Counted from the stretch's first letter, positions 11,931 to 24,739 are shown. The stretch is 64,000 bases of DNA from Octopus bimaculoides (GCF_001194135.2 NC_068997.1:8543720-8607719), one strand, 5' to 3'. The notes: generated from the sequence alone by a model not told the origin. Program-made: numbers and translations.

Positions 11931-12760
11931 AAAACTGTCTCAGATCAAATACTTACCTGGCAAATACACCCCCGAAAGAAATTATTTTACGAAGATTTTG
12001 TGTTCGAATCTCACCACGATTAACTTTTGTAGCGATTCTTCGTTCCCAGAGCTCAACGAAAGTATATAAGTATTTATCTTGAACGAAATGTTTTCCTTCA
12101 AAATATAAATATTGTATCGTACAGTGTTGACACAGGCAGCATCCATTGTAACTTTGTAATTATTGAAATTGGATCCAGCAAATATTTTTGATTGCATCCT
12201 AATTAACGTGAGCAAAGCATGACTATTAATTACCCAGGTGTATATCTAATCTCAATTGAAGAGAAACGATTAACAACAAATACACGCGACAATTATTTGT
12301 CAGCAAAATTATGGCTTTCTTCGTTGCATTTGACTTCTGATTGCATTCTAGTTGTGATGAGAATATGAAGTTCACGGAACACCCTGTGCCTCCTTGTCTA
12401 GGAATCCTATGATAGCTGTAAACGAGTATCATCTTCATACAAGCTGTATCATTCATTTCCAATTTACCGTGGAAACATGTCCTTTTATGGGAAAATACTA
12501 TCTTGGTTCAAAACAAGTGAGGGTGGGTGACAGGAAAGGCATTAGGTCACAGAAAATCTGCCTCGACTAATTCCATCTGGCTCATAGAAAAGTGGGTATT
12601 AAAACGATGCGGAGGAGAAAGAGGATGATGATGATAATGATGATTGGTCACATCTGTATCAGCTCTGATCATGGGTCTGCTCAATCATAGAATTTATTAA
12701 GAGCTAAGCAACAACAACAATAACTTAAAAGTAGATGTAACAGCATATTGCCACAGTGAA

Positions 12761-13070
12761 GGTGCATGGCTTAGTGGTAAGGGTATTTAGCTCTCAATTG
12801 TAAGGCCCTGAGTTCAATTCCTGGCAGTGCATTGTACCCTTGAACAAGACACTTTATTTCACGTTACTCCAGTCCACTCAGTTGGCAAAAAATGAGTAGT
12901 ACCTATATTTCAAAGGGCCAACCTTGTCGCATTCTGTGTCACACTGAATCTCCCTGAGAACTACGTTGAGGGTACACGTGTCTGTGCAGTGCTCAGCCAC
13001 TTGCAAGCTAATTTCACCAATCTGACTGTTTGGTTGATTGGATTAACTGGAACACTCGTCGTCATAACCC
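12761..13070 (+). mobile_element. SINE family D, full copy
   Basis: ggtgcatggcttagtggt..gagttcaattcc head, caagacactttatttcac body, shared tail. Confidence 0.8.
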
Positions 13071-13344
13071 ACAACTATATGATAAATATTCCCACACCTG
13101 ATATGATAAAAGTCCTCTATTTACATCACTCGTCACTCCTGAGATAATGCCATGTCCTACTTATGAATCTCCTCTATTTGATTGTTGTTTTCAGATCAGA
13201 TCACCAAACACCTGTGATTTTGTCATTTCTAGTTCTTTACTTTCATAACTAATTAACTCAGCTGTCATATTTTGGATACATATTAGACTATCATTTATTC
13301 TGTCCAGGATTTTTCACTGCAAGTCATTAAGCACTCTGCAGGTG

Positions 13345-13735
13345 ACAAGCTCGCAGAATTGTTAGCATGCCAGACAAAATTCTCAGCAGCATTTCATCTA
13401 GTGCTTTACATCCTGTGTTCAAATCTTGCTGAAGTTGTCTTTTCTTTTTATCCTTTTGGGGGTTGATAAAATAAATACCAGTTGAGCACTGGGGTCGATG
13501 TAATCAACTTACTCCCCCTCTCCTAAAATTGCTGGCCTTGTGCCAAACTTTGTCGACATTATAAGGCAGTAAACTGACAGACAAAATTCTTAGTGGCATT
13601 TTTTATAGCTCTTTACTCATCTCTTCAGGATCAATAAAATAAATAAATACCAGTAGAGCACTGGGGACCAATACAATTGATTTACCCCTTTCCCATAATA
13701 TTGCTGGCCTTGAGCCAAAATTTGAAACCATTATT
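13345..13735 (+). mobile_element. SINE family C, two head-to-tail copies
   Basis: ..taccagt(t/a)gagcactgggg..aattgctggccttg..ccaaa occurs twice. Confidence 0.75.
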
Positions 13736-13779
13736 ATAAACAGTGTGATTGTGGTTGATTGTCAAAACTGGCAGTTTCA

Positions 13780-14060
13780 GACAAATGGTCATTGTTCAAC
13801 TGTAGTGGATAGCAGTTGCTTACAATCTTCTGCTGTCCATTGTAGCATTGATAATCAGTTGTGGTCCTATGGTCAGGTACTTATTTATTTGTATTTGCTC
13901 ACCCAGGATGGGTTGAGTCAGCTTCGGCCGACGAGTTAATTCATGTTTGGAGTTTCAGTGAGAATACAAGTTCACATGTGGTCTCCATGCATACATGGGA
14001 GAGTATGAGCCAAGGCAGCTCATCTTGCTATTAGTTGTTGACCATTGCAGAGGATTTGCT
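13780..14060 (-). mobile_element. Possible RTE-type LINE ORF C-terminus, heavily degraded
   Basis: Minus-strand frames give HVCME..ELVFSLK, KHELTRRPKLT and NATMDSR, loosely like RTE GH..RGRP.LT..MDR ends; frameshifted. Confidence 0.35.
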
Positions 14061-14149
14061 GACTGAGTCACTGCCAATTATCAGGGCAAACATAAAGGTA
14101 TGACCTGGTTTCACTAAAATATGAAGTGACATATAAGAAAAAAAAACAC

Positions 14150-14680
14150 CCAGCCTGGCGTGTAAAATACACCATTTTGAGCGTGGCTGTTGTCAGTACC
14201 ACCTGACTGGCCTTCGTGGGATTTTCGAGTGAGATCGTTGCCAGTGCCCCTGGACTGGCTCTTGTGTGGGTGGCACATAAAATGCACCATTTTGATTGTG
14301 GCCGTTGCCAGTACTGCATGACTGGCCTTCGTGCCAGTGGCACGTAAAAGCACCCACTACACTCTCTGAGTGGTTGGCGTTAGGAAGGGCATCCAGCTGT
14401 AGAAACTCTGCCAAATCAGATTGGAGCCTGGTGTAGCNNNNNNNNNNAAAATGCACCATTTTGATTGTGGCCGTTGCCAGTACTGCATGACTGGCCTTCG
14501 TGCCAGTGGCACGTAAAAGCACCCACTACACTCTCTGAGTGGTTGGCGTTAGGAAGGGCATCCAGCTGTAGAAACTCTGCCAAATCAGATTGGAGCCTGG
14601 TGTAGCCATCTGGTTTCACCAGTCCTCAGTCAAATCGTCCAACCCATGCTAGCATGGAAAGCGGACGTTAAACGATGATA

Positions 14681-14722
<42 letters not shown>
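14150..14722 (+). mobile_element. 5'-truncated RTE LINE 3' end with (GAT)n tail
   Basis: aaagcacccactacactc..gaagggcatccagctgtagaaac..catgctagcatggaaagcggacgttaaacgatgat(gat)n; same 3' end follows the RT at 53530-54305. The internal duplication across the 10-N gap is probably an artefact. Confidence 0.85.
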
Positions 14723-14723
<1 letters not shown>

Positions 14724-15624
14724 AAGGATTTGAAGAAGAAATGGAAAATGTATAGTGCTTCTTATAGAGACATGATGTCATGGATTTGTAACTAGATCCG
14801 CAATGTCCAGTCTGGCATTAAATTTAGGAAGAAGAATGAAAGTGGTGATTTATGGAACTGGAGAGAGAGTCAGAAAATGTTTTATCATGGATATAAGAGA
14901 GATATTTGAGAGAAAAAACAACAAGTCATCAGCAAGAAGTAAAATGAAATCATTGCTGCATGGTTGGAGTGGTTACAGCTGTTTCTGGATTGGTGCAGTA
15001 GCTGCAAGGATGGAACAGAAGGGGGGGAAATTGTGCTCTACGAGTGTAGTTCCTCCAAAACCCAGTCATTTCATGGGAGTATTGATGCTTGTCCACAACT
15101 GTTTAAGGAAGTGACGGTGTGAGATGTCAAGATTGTCAATATATATGATGAAGAGAATGTCCTGCAATGCACGTAAAATATATTCATGGTGCTCAGATGT
15201 ATATATTTGTGTGTGTGTGTGTGTGTGTATAAATATAGATGTGTGCATAGGTGTGTATTTATGTATAGATGTAAGGATATATTTAGAAACATATTGCTAT
15301 TCACACATACACAGATACATACATATGTATAAAAAAAAGTATGTCTGAGTGTGTGCATGCAGATGAGTGTTTGCATGTGTGTGTGTGTGTGTGTGTGTGT
15401 TGTAAATACACGTTTCAATATATATCTGTATAAGTGTTGAGCTTTACAAGAGAATATAGGAAATAAATTTCCATGATGTTCTTTTTCCTATTTTAGTTAT
15501 ATGATATACATATACATATATATATNNNNNNNNNNNNNNNNNNNNNNNNNNNNNNNNNNNNNNNNNNNNNNNNNNNNNNNNNNNNNNNNNNNNNNNNNNN
15601 NNNNNNNNNNNNNNNNNNNNNNNN

Positions 15625-15751
15625 NGAGACCGATAGAATAAGTACTAGGCTTACAAAGAATAAGTCCTGGGGGACGATTTGCTCGACTAAAGGCGGTGCT
15701 CCAGCATGGCCACAGTCTAATTACTGAAACAAATAAAAGAGTAAAAGAGTA
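15625..15751 (+). mobile_element. SINE family A 3' end
   Basis: gagaccgatagaataagtactagg..tgaaacaaataaaagagtaaaagag. Confidence 0.85.
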
Positions 15752-15990
15752 TACTCTTTACTCAATCTTTTACTCTTTTACTTGTTTCAGTCATTTGATT
15801 GCGGCCATGCTGGAGCACTGCCTTTAGTCGAGCAAATCGACCCCAGGACTTATTCTTTGTAAGCCTGGTACTTATTCTATCGGTCTCTTTAGCCAAACCG
15901 CTAAGTGACGGGGACATAAACACACCAGCATCGGTTGTCAAGCGATGTTGGGGGGACACAGACACAAACATATACACACACATACATATA
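15752..15990 (-). mobile_element. SINE family A 3' half, inverted and abutting the previous copy
   Basis: tactcttt..cttgtttcagtcatttg..cctggtacttattctatcggtctc. Confidence 0.85.
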
Positions 15991-17821
15991 TNNNNNNNNN
16001 NNNNNNNNNNNNNNNNNNNNNNNNNNNNNNNNNNNNNNNNNNNNNNNNNNNNNNNNNNNNNNNNNNNNNNNNNNNNNNNNNNNNNNNNNNNNNNNNNNNN
16101 NNNNNNNNNNNNNNNNNNNNNNNNNNNNNNNNNNNNNNNNNNNNNNNNNNNNNNNNNNNNNNNNNNNNNNNNNNNNNNNNNNNNNNNNNNNNNNNNNNNN
16201 NNNNNNNNNNNNNNNNNNNNNNNNNNNNNNNNNNNNNNNNNNNNNNNNNNNNNNNNNNNNNNNNNNNNNNNNNNNNNNNNNNNNNNNNNNNNNNNNNNNN
16301 NNNNNNNNNNNNNNNNNNNNNNNNNNNNNNNNNNNNNNNNNNNNNNNNNNNNNNNNNNNNNNNNNNNNNNNNNNNNNNNNNNNNNNNNNNNNNNNNNNNN
16401 NNNNNNNNNNNNNNNNNNNNNNNNNNNNNNNNNNNNNNNNNNNNNNNNNNNNNNNNNNNNNNNNNNNNNNNNNNNNNNNNNNNNNNNNNNNNNNNNNNNN
16501 NNNNNNNNNNNNNNNNNNNNNNNNNNNNNNNNNNNNNNNNNNNNNNNNNNNNNNNNNNNNNNNNNNNNNNNNNNNNNNNNNNNNNNNNNNNNNNNNNNNN
16601 NNNNNNNNNNNNNNNNNNNNNNNNNNNNNNNNNNNNNNNNNNNNNNNNNNNNNNNNNNNNNNNNNNNNNNNNNNNNNNNNNNNNNNNNNNNNNNNNNNNN
16701 NNNNNNNNNNNNNNNNNNNNNNNNNNNNNNNNNNNNNNNNNNNNNNNNNNNNNNNNNNNNNNNNNNNNNNNNNNNNNNNNNNNNNNNNNNNNNNNNNNNN
16801 NNNNNNNNNNNNNNNNNNNNNNNNNNNNTTTAAAGAATATGAATAATGGTTATTAACCCATTGGTATCAAAATATTCATACTTACTTAGAAATATTCTTC
16901 TACATGTTACTCTAAATAAAATATTAATAACATTTCACAACACAATCACTTTTCTCCACCCCTTCTCCCCCTATCAAAGATCAATTATGCAAATAAGATG
17001 GAGTGGGGGTGGGGGGTAAAAAAATTAAATGGCATCAATATTTTCCACAGTTATTATTATTTTTTTTTTTTATCATTATCATTTGAAAAAAAGTAGTAAA
17101 CTTGCCCTAATATTAAAGGAAAATTGACTTTAGCTTCAAAAGCCATCGACCACTTAGCTTTTTGTTTATATCTCACAGCTGATTTGGTATTCTACCCAGT
17201 TCGTAGAGTTTGATGCTGGTACATGGGTGCAGCACGACAGGGTGTTTCAATGTTGATAAAAGGAAAAAGAAAACAGAACAATGTCGAAACAAAATTAAAT
17301 GTAGGTGGCATGTTAGTTTTTTTTTATTTGTTTTGTTTTGCTTTGTTTTGTTTTTTAAGACCATCAATTAAAAAATACAAACAATGAAATAAGAGTTTAT
17401 AATCAATTACAGACACCAAAGTATAAAAATATCTAAATAGATATCATCATTATCGTTGTTTATGAGCCAACAAGATAACCTCTACATGGTCGTTCAACCT
17501 ACTTGACATAGTAACTAAACCTCTCTAAAATCACACTCTACTATCTTTGAAAAAGAACAAACACTTTGGATAATGTATGATTAGATACATTTTGGCTAAA
17601 AATAAATGGAATGGTCACAACTGGAAAGTCTTTGATCATGAGTCTGTTCCATATGGGCTGACCTAGAACTAATTAGCACTAATAATCATCATCATTTCAA
17701 CCATTTTTTTTCCTTTCTATACCGGCATGACTTTAAAAGATGTCTGCCATGCAGCACTTGTCACTTTTTGTGATTCTTCATAATCTTAACCATGATGTCA
17801 AACATCTTGAAATGTAACAAC

Positions 17822-18325
17822 ATCATCATCATCATCATCGTTTAACGTCCGCTTTCCATGCTAGCATGGGTTGGACGATTTGACTGAGGACTGGTGAAAC
17901 CAGATGGCAACACCAGGCTCCAATCTGATTTGGCAGAGTTTCTACAGCTGGATGCCCTTCCTAACGCCAACCACTCAGAGAGTGTAGTGGGTGCTTTTAC
18001 GTGTCAGGCGGTACTGGTAATGGCCACGCTCAAGATGGTGTATTTTATGTGCCACCCGCACAAGAGCCAGTCCAGGGGCACTGGCAATGATCTCGCTTGA
18101 AAATCCTACGAAGGCCAGTCAGGTGGTACTGGCAACGGCCACGCTCAAAATGGTGTATTTTATGTACCACACGCACAAGAGCCAGTCCAGGGGCACTGGC
18201 AACGATCTCGCTCGAAAATCCTTAGACATGCTGCGGGCACAAGTGTCAGAAAGGCGACGCTGGGCACAGGTGCTATCCCGATTTCGCTTTCGCTTGCCTC
18301 AATAAGTCTTCCAAGCTGAGTTTCA
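17822..18325 (-). mobile_element. RTE LINE 3' end with two 115-bp internal tandem units
   Basis: (CAT)n then gtttaacgtccgctttccatgctagc; gtactgg..gccacgctcaa unit starts at 18011 and 18126. Confidence 0.85.
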
Positions 18326-18554
18326 ACAACATATATTCAATGTCTACCCCTGTTTTCAGATATATTCCACTATCAGCCAACACTAGTTTTCTTGTGCTTT
18401 TTCCAGGCGCTGACATAGATTAGCTGAGATTTCTTGAGGCAATATTCTTCCTTATTCCAAACCTTTGTTGCTTTCAAGCAAGGTATATAATAATACAAAT
18501 GATATATGAGCATATGCATGTATACATACATATATGTACATACCTACATCTACA

Positions 18555-18815
18555 TCATCATCGTTTAACGTCCGCTTTCCATGCTAGTATGGGTTGGACG
18601 ATTTGACTGAGGACTGGTGAAACCAGATGGCTACACCAGACTACAATCTGATTTGGCAGAGTTTCTACAGCTGGATGCCCTTCCTAATGCCAACCACTCA
18701 GAGAGTGTAGTGGGTGCTTTTACGTGCCACCGGCACGAAGGCCAGTCAGGCGGTACTGGCAACAGCCACGCTCAAAATGGTGTATTTTATGTGCCACCCG
18801 CACAAGAGCCAGTCC
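18555..18815 (-). mobile_element. RTE LINE 3' end
   Basis: Near-identical to 17830-18070. Confidence 0.85.
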
Positions 18816-20200
18816 ATGTATATATAAATGCATATCCAGGTACAGGATGTCAAAAATGGAACGGGAACATGCCAAACAACCAAGCTACTGGGCATAAACA
18901 GTATCAGCATAAACAATATTATCAGAGTCCAAATGGTGATCAAAGTAAAATGACATGAAGACCAACACACACACAAGCATATTTGTATGAATGTATGTAT
19001 ATGTATATGTGTATATATAGGAAGAATTCCAACCACATTTCGTGGTTCACTACTTCAACAGCTCCTTTATAGGATCCAGTGGCTAAAGACATCATCAAGG
19101 TGAACCACATCCGGTTTCGGCCCCTACTCCTCTACCATTTTCGACAAGGCGAGGCCCTTCCTTTTGGAGATGTCTTCAGCTCTGGTGTTGAGTGCATTTT
19201 TTTCTTTCTCCTTTTTTCTTTGGCTTTTTGTTCTTTGGTTTCTTCGATGCTGCGTCAAAGAATGTCGGCGGGCGAATGACCATCCTGCCAAATTTCCCTT
19301 TAAATACTCACCGGTTGGTTCCAGCAGCCAGCACCAGCTAACTGTCATGCAACATTATCTAGACTTCAACTGACCAATGCAGGGGNNNNNNNNNNNNNNN
19401 NNNNNNNNNNNNNNNNNNNNNNNNNNNNNNNNNNNNNNNNNNNNNNNNNNNNNNNNNNNNNNNNNNNNNNNNNNNNNNNNNNNNNNNNNNNNNNNNNNNN
19501 NNNNNNNNNNNNNNNNNNNNNNNNNNNNNNNNNNNNNNNNNNNNNNNNNNNNNNNNNNNNNNNNNNNNNNNNNNNNNNNNNNNNNNNNNNNNNNNNNNNN
19601 NNNNNNNNNNNNNNNNNNNNNNNNNNNNNNNNNNNNNNNNNNNNNNNNNNNNNNNNNNNNNNNNNNNNNNNNNNNNNNNNNNNNNNNNNNNNNNNNNNNN
19701 NNNNNNNNNNNNNNNNNNNNNNNNNNNNNNNNNNNNNNNNNNNNNNNNNNNNNNNNNNNNNNNNNNNNNNNNNNNNNNNNNNNNNNNNNNNNNNNNNNNN
19801 NNNNNNNNNNNNNNNNNNNNNNNNNNNNNNNNNNNNNNNNNNNNNNNNNNNNNNNNNNNNNNNNNNNNNNNNNNNNNNNNNNNNNNNNNNNNNNNNNNNN
19901 NNNNNNNNNNNNNNNNNNNNNNNNNNNNNNNNNNNNNNNNNNNNNNNNNNNNNNNNNNNNNNNNNNNNNNNNNNNNNNNNNNNNNNNNNNNNNNNNNNNN
20001 NNNNNNNNNNNNNNNNNNNNNNNNNNNNNNNNNNNNNNNNNNNNNNNNNNNNNNNNNNNNNNNNNNNNNNNNNNNNNNNNNNNNNNNNNNNNNNNNNNNN
20101 NNNNNNNNNNNNNNNNNNNNNNNNNNNNNNNNNNNNNNNNNNNNNNNNNNNNNNNNNNNNNNNNNNNNNNNNNNNNNNNNNNNNNNNNNNNNNNNNNNNN

Positions 20201-20530
20201 NATACACACACATACATATCTACATACATACATGCATACATACACACATACATATATACACACATACACACATACAGACATACACACATACATATACACA
20301 CATACACACATACATATACACACACATACACACATACAGACATACATACACACACATACATACATACATGCATACATACATACACATACGCACACACACA
20401 CACCCATGCACACACATACATACATCATGCATGCATGCATACATACACACTTACATACATACACACATACATACATACGTACACACATACATACATACGT
20501 ACACACATACACACATGCATGCATGAATAC
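20201..20530. repeat. Compound (AC)/(ACAT) microsatellite
   Basis: Visible directly. Confidence 0.95.
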
Positions 20531-21112
20531 AGACAGACATATACTGGTAGATATAAAAAGACAGGCTTCTCTCATACATTTGTAAACACTAATCTGAGAT
20601 TGAAACTGATAAATAATAGGAAACTTTCGTTCATAGGAATCAAGCTCCAGGCAAACCTGTTAATAATTTTTTTGTATTTTCTTTCTCCAAACTTTAGCAT
20701 AAATGTCAGATCTACATCTACCGAAATGTTTTGCCTATAAAAAGTACTTTGGTGCATTTCTTTGAAATTATTCGGTCACTTAGTTCTATACAGGATCAAG
20801 CTTCTTCTATTAAAGTCTAAAATTAGATGAGAAATATTACCAAGAATATGAATTAATTATATGCTAATTGCTAAGATCTCACTATAATACTCATAAATTT
20901 AACACAGAAGCGCATTTTGTAGCCACAAAGTTTTGGATTCAGTCCCACTGTACAGCCATATATACAAAAAAGCACCCAGAACACTCTGTAAAGTGGTTGG
21001 CATTCGGAAAGGCACAGAAACATAGAAACCATGCCAAAACAGACAAATGGAGCCTGGTGCAGCCCTCTGGCTTGCCAGCCCCTGTCAAGTATGGAAAACA
21101 AACATTAAAAGA

Positions 21113-21500
21113 TACTCTTTTACTTGTTTCAGTCATTTGACTGTGGCCATGCCGGAGCACCACCTTTAGTCGAGCAAATCGACCCCAGGACTTATTCTTT
21201 GTAAGCCTAGTACTTATTCTATCGGTCTCTTTTGACAAACTGCTAAGTTACAGGGACATAAACACACCAGCATCAGTTGTAAAGCGATGTTAGGGGGACA
21301 AACATACACACACACACACACACACACACATACATATGTACGACAAGCTTCTTTCAGTTTCCGTCTACCAACTCCACTCACAAGGCTTTGGTCGGCCCGA
21401 GGTTATAGTAGAAGACACTTACCCAAGGTGCTATGCAGTGGGACTAAACCCGGAACCATGTGGTTGGTAAGCAAGCTACTTACCACACAGCCACTCCTAC
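21113..21500 (-). mobile_element. SINE family A, full-length
   Basis: Tail tactcttttacttgtttcagtc, internal (CA)n, head ..gtaagcaagctacttaccacacagccactcct. Confidence 0.9.
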
Positions 21501-22057
21501 AATGATGATGATGATGATGATGATGAACCATTCCACCCGTGAGGATATGGAAGACAGACTAACCCACTCCCATTACTGGGTCCACCTGCTCAACCCATTC
21601 ATTCGCTCTTACCATTTTGTCTCCTCTTCTCTTCCACACTGACATTACTCTTCCTTGTTTCCTCCATTATCCCATCCCACACTTTAGTTTGGAATTTAAT
21701 GGCACTAGTTCTCCTGGCCTGCCTGCCTCTGTGTTGCCCAACTGCAATAACCCTGTTAGCTTTGCAGGTTTGCCTGCCCCTTTGGACAGCTGACCACCAC
21801 TTACCTCTGTCCTGAACTTTCTGCTCCCATGTGACATGGCTGATGCTGATTCCAGGTAGTGGTGGTTATGGTACTAAAGTAGGCATCAAACTAAGTCTAG
21901 CACTCAAGATTTGATTTGAATATTGAAGCATGTGTCAGGTGGTGAGCTGGCAGAATCATTAACACAATGGGAAAAATGCTTAGCAGCATTTTGAGTTCAA
22001 ATTCCACTGAGTTACACTTTGCCATCTATCTTTTCGGAGGGAGTCGTCATCATCACC

Positions 22058-22440
22058 ATCATCATCATCATTTAACATCCGCCTTCCATGCTGGCATGGA
22101 TGAGATGGTTTGACAAGAGCTGGCCAGGCAGAAGCCTGCACCAGACTTCTGTGACTGTTTTGGCAGGATTTTTACAGCTGGATGCCCTACTGTGTGGACT
22201 GGGTGCTTTGAAGTGGCACACTTGCACTGACAGGGTCACCAAGTATTTGCAAGGCAAAAATTTTTTTTTTAAATCTTTCGAGAGAGGAGGGGGACATTGG
22301 AGAAGGTGATCTTGAGTCAGATGATGACAGGTTATAGTGAGACAGAGCGACAGAAACAGGTGTCTTGCTGTAGAGGAGGAACATGGTTACTCAGCCGGTG
22401 GGAGTGGGGAGAGAGATCAGGAATGGAAACAGAAATATGT
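22058..22440 (-). mobile_element. Diverged (GAT)n-tailed RTE-like repeat
   Basis: (CAT)n ttaacatccgccttccatgctggcatgg..tttacagctggatgccct. Confidence 0.55.
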
Positions 22441-22454
22441 GCACTTCCGAAACA

Positions 22455-23012
22455 GCAATAAAATACCAGTTTCAGTGCTGGGGTCACTGCAGTTGACTTA
22501 CTTACTTCCCTAAAATTGCTGGCCTTGTGCCAAAATTTGAAATCAGTATCTAATACATTCTATGGTGATGATCTAGAAGTTTTGATGGCATGCTGGGAAA
22601 AATGCTTAGTGGTATTTTGTCCATCTTTATGTTCTGAGTTCAAATTCTGTCAAGGTTGACTTTGCCTTTCATCTTTTCAGGAATCGATAAAATAAGTACC
22701 AGTTGAGCACTGGAGGTCAATGTAATCCACTTGCCCTCTCCCCCAAAATTGCTGGCCTTGTGCCAAAATTTGAAATCAGTATTAAAGGATGAGTAAGACA
22801 GCAAGCTGGCAGTATTGTTAGCATGGCAGACAAAATTACTTAGTGGCATTTCACTTACCTTTACGTTGTGAGTTCAAATTCTGATGAGGTCCACTTTGTT
22901 CTTCATCCTTTCAGGAGGTTGATAAACTAAATACCAGTTAAGCACTGGGGTTGGTGGAACCCACTTACCCGCTTCCTCAAAATTGCTGGCATTGTTTCAA
23001 AATTTGAAATCA
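22455..23012 (+). mobile_element. SINE family C, three head-to-tail copies
   Basis: ..aaattgctggc(c/a)ttgt..aaaatttgaaatca recurs at ~22515, ~22748 and ~22982. Confidence 0.8.
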
Positions 23013-23639
23013 ATATTAAAGTATATTCATTCAACTCTATTGTCAATATATCTATCGTACGCTGCGCAAGCTACAGACTGTATATTCAAAATGAAATTAC
23101 ATATATGAAAAATGAAGCACTTTAGAAAATACATTCCAACACAGAGTAACATAGCAACACAATATATTTTCTTGCAGATATCACTTGTCTATAATAGTTA
23201 GTTGTGCAAAATACATTCAAATAACTGACCAAAATATGAAGGAGAATAATGTTCTCTTTTGTTTTCATTCATTAACCTTTCACTTAATATTAGGTCAAAT
23301 ATTTCTTCTGCTTATATAATGGAATGAGAGGAGGGAGGTGCGCTGGTAGACATAGAATATAATCTTGCTTGTTTCGAAATCTTTACTTTGTTCAATTTGT
23401 AATGTTATCATTCCAGTGCTTTTATCTGTGGTGATTGATTCTGTCATGTTCCCAATATTGTTAAGGAATGAAAGATAATGGCTGTTTCCTTTCTTCTTCT
23501 AGAGAATTCCATGTTTACTTTGAATATTTACACATGTAAACCACAGGACACATATCACACATATGTATGTATATATTTGTTTGTGTGTTTATGTGTGTGT
23601 AGTATGTGAGGTATCTGTGTGTGCATCATTTGTATAAGC

Positions 23640-23691
<52 letters not shown>

Positions 23692-23893
23692 CATATATAT
23701 ATGCATGTATGTATAAACACGATATATCATTTAAACATAAGATACATATATATATATATGTACATATATATACACACACATACACACACACTCATAATAT
23801 ATCTTATAAACATTATGATGTATGTATGTGTGTATGTNNNNNNNNNNNNNNNNNNNNNNNNNNNNNNNNNNNNNATATATATATATATATATA

Positions 23894-24425
23894 CAGGCAC
23901 AGGAGTGGCTGTGTGGTAAGCAGCTTGCTTACTAACCACATGGTTCTGGGTTCAGTCCCACTGTGTGGCAGTATTGCCATGCCTGTGGGGGATATAGAGG
24001 ATATAGTTTTTTTTATTGAAAAATTACAGGATGTGAAACTCAAATCAAAAGACAAACTCTCAGCTTATAAAGAATATATTTGCACAGGTGCATTACTTCT
24101 CAACCACATGGTTCCTGGTTCAGTCCTACTGCATGGTACTTTGAATAAGTGTCTTATACTGCAGCCTCTGACCAACCAAAGCCTTATGAGTGGATATGGC
24201 AGATGGAAACTAAAAGAAGCCCATCATGTGTGTTTTTGTTTGTCCCCCTTCACTGCTTGTCAACTGGTGTTGGCTTGTTTATACCCCTGTAACTTAGCAG
24301 TTTGACAAAAGAGACTGGAAGAATAAATACCAGGCTTTGGGGAAATAAGGACTGGAGTCAATTCATTCAACTAAAAGAAATTTCTTCAAGGTGATGCCCC
24401 AGCATGGCTGCAATGAGTAAAGGAT
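23894..24425 (+). mobile_element. SINE family A with a duplicated or interrupted head
   Basis: ggcacaggagtggctgtgtggtaag head at 23895, second aaccacatggttcc at ~24102, then body and tail. Confidence 0.75.
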
Positions 24426-24429
24426 GTAT

Positions 24430-24590
24430 ATGATGGCTTTCTTTCAATTTCCATCAATCAAGTTCACTTTCAAGGTTTTGGTATGTCTGGGACTGTAGAA
24501 GAAGATAATTGCTCAAGCTTCTGCACAGTGAGACTGAACCCACAACTACACAATACAGTTGGGAAGCAAACTTCTTAACCACATAGCCAT
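24430..24590 (-). mobile_element. SINE family A, 5' half
   Basis: ggctttctttcaatttcc..actgaaccc..cttcttaaccacatagcc. Confidence 0.65.
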
Positions 24591-24739
24591 TTTCTCTTTA
24601 CTAGATTTCCTCATACATTTTGTAGGTTTATTTTCCCCATCCCTCTTCAGAGATGCCTCTTACCTCAACTCCTCTTTCATATTTGTTTACCTCCCTCAGA
24701 TGTAAACATTTTGTTTTTCTTGTTCATGCAGTGTGACTA

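Noticed and set aside
11949-11962. ATACTTACCTGGCA, identical to the U1 snRNA 5' end
   Set aside because: The match stops after 14 nt with no U1 stems or Sm site; it is simply the reverse complement of a splice donor.
14277-14607. Duplicated RTE 3' segment
   Set aside because: Identical copies either side of a 10-N gap; assembly artefact.
15799-16856. Long ORFs in the track (also 19355-20585, 41522-42796, 50034-50823, 56389-56859, 1123-1671)
   Set aside because: They are open only because they run through N-gaps.
16886-16911. 26-nt minus-strand microexon candidate (ttttatttag|..|gtaagtat); similar lone donors at 21805 (-) and 46293 (+)
   Set aside because: Such signals are expected by chance at this length and AT content, and phases do not join neighbouring candidates into a recognisable protein.
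17894-18100. Recurrent 'MKPDGYTRLQSDLAEFLQLDALPNANHSES' ORFs
   Set aside because: Antisense reading of the RTE 3' UTR, repeated because the element is repeated.
19130-19190. Minus-strand CTGAAGA...GAAA hammerhead-like spacing
   Set aside because: No stem III, no NUH site and no stem I complement.
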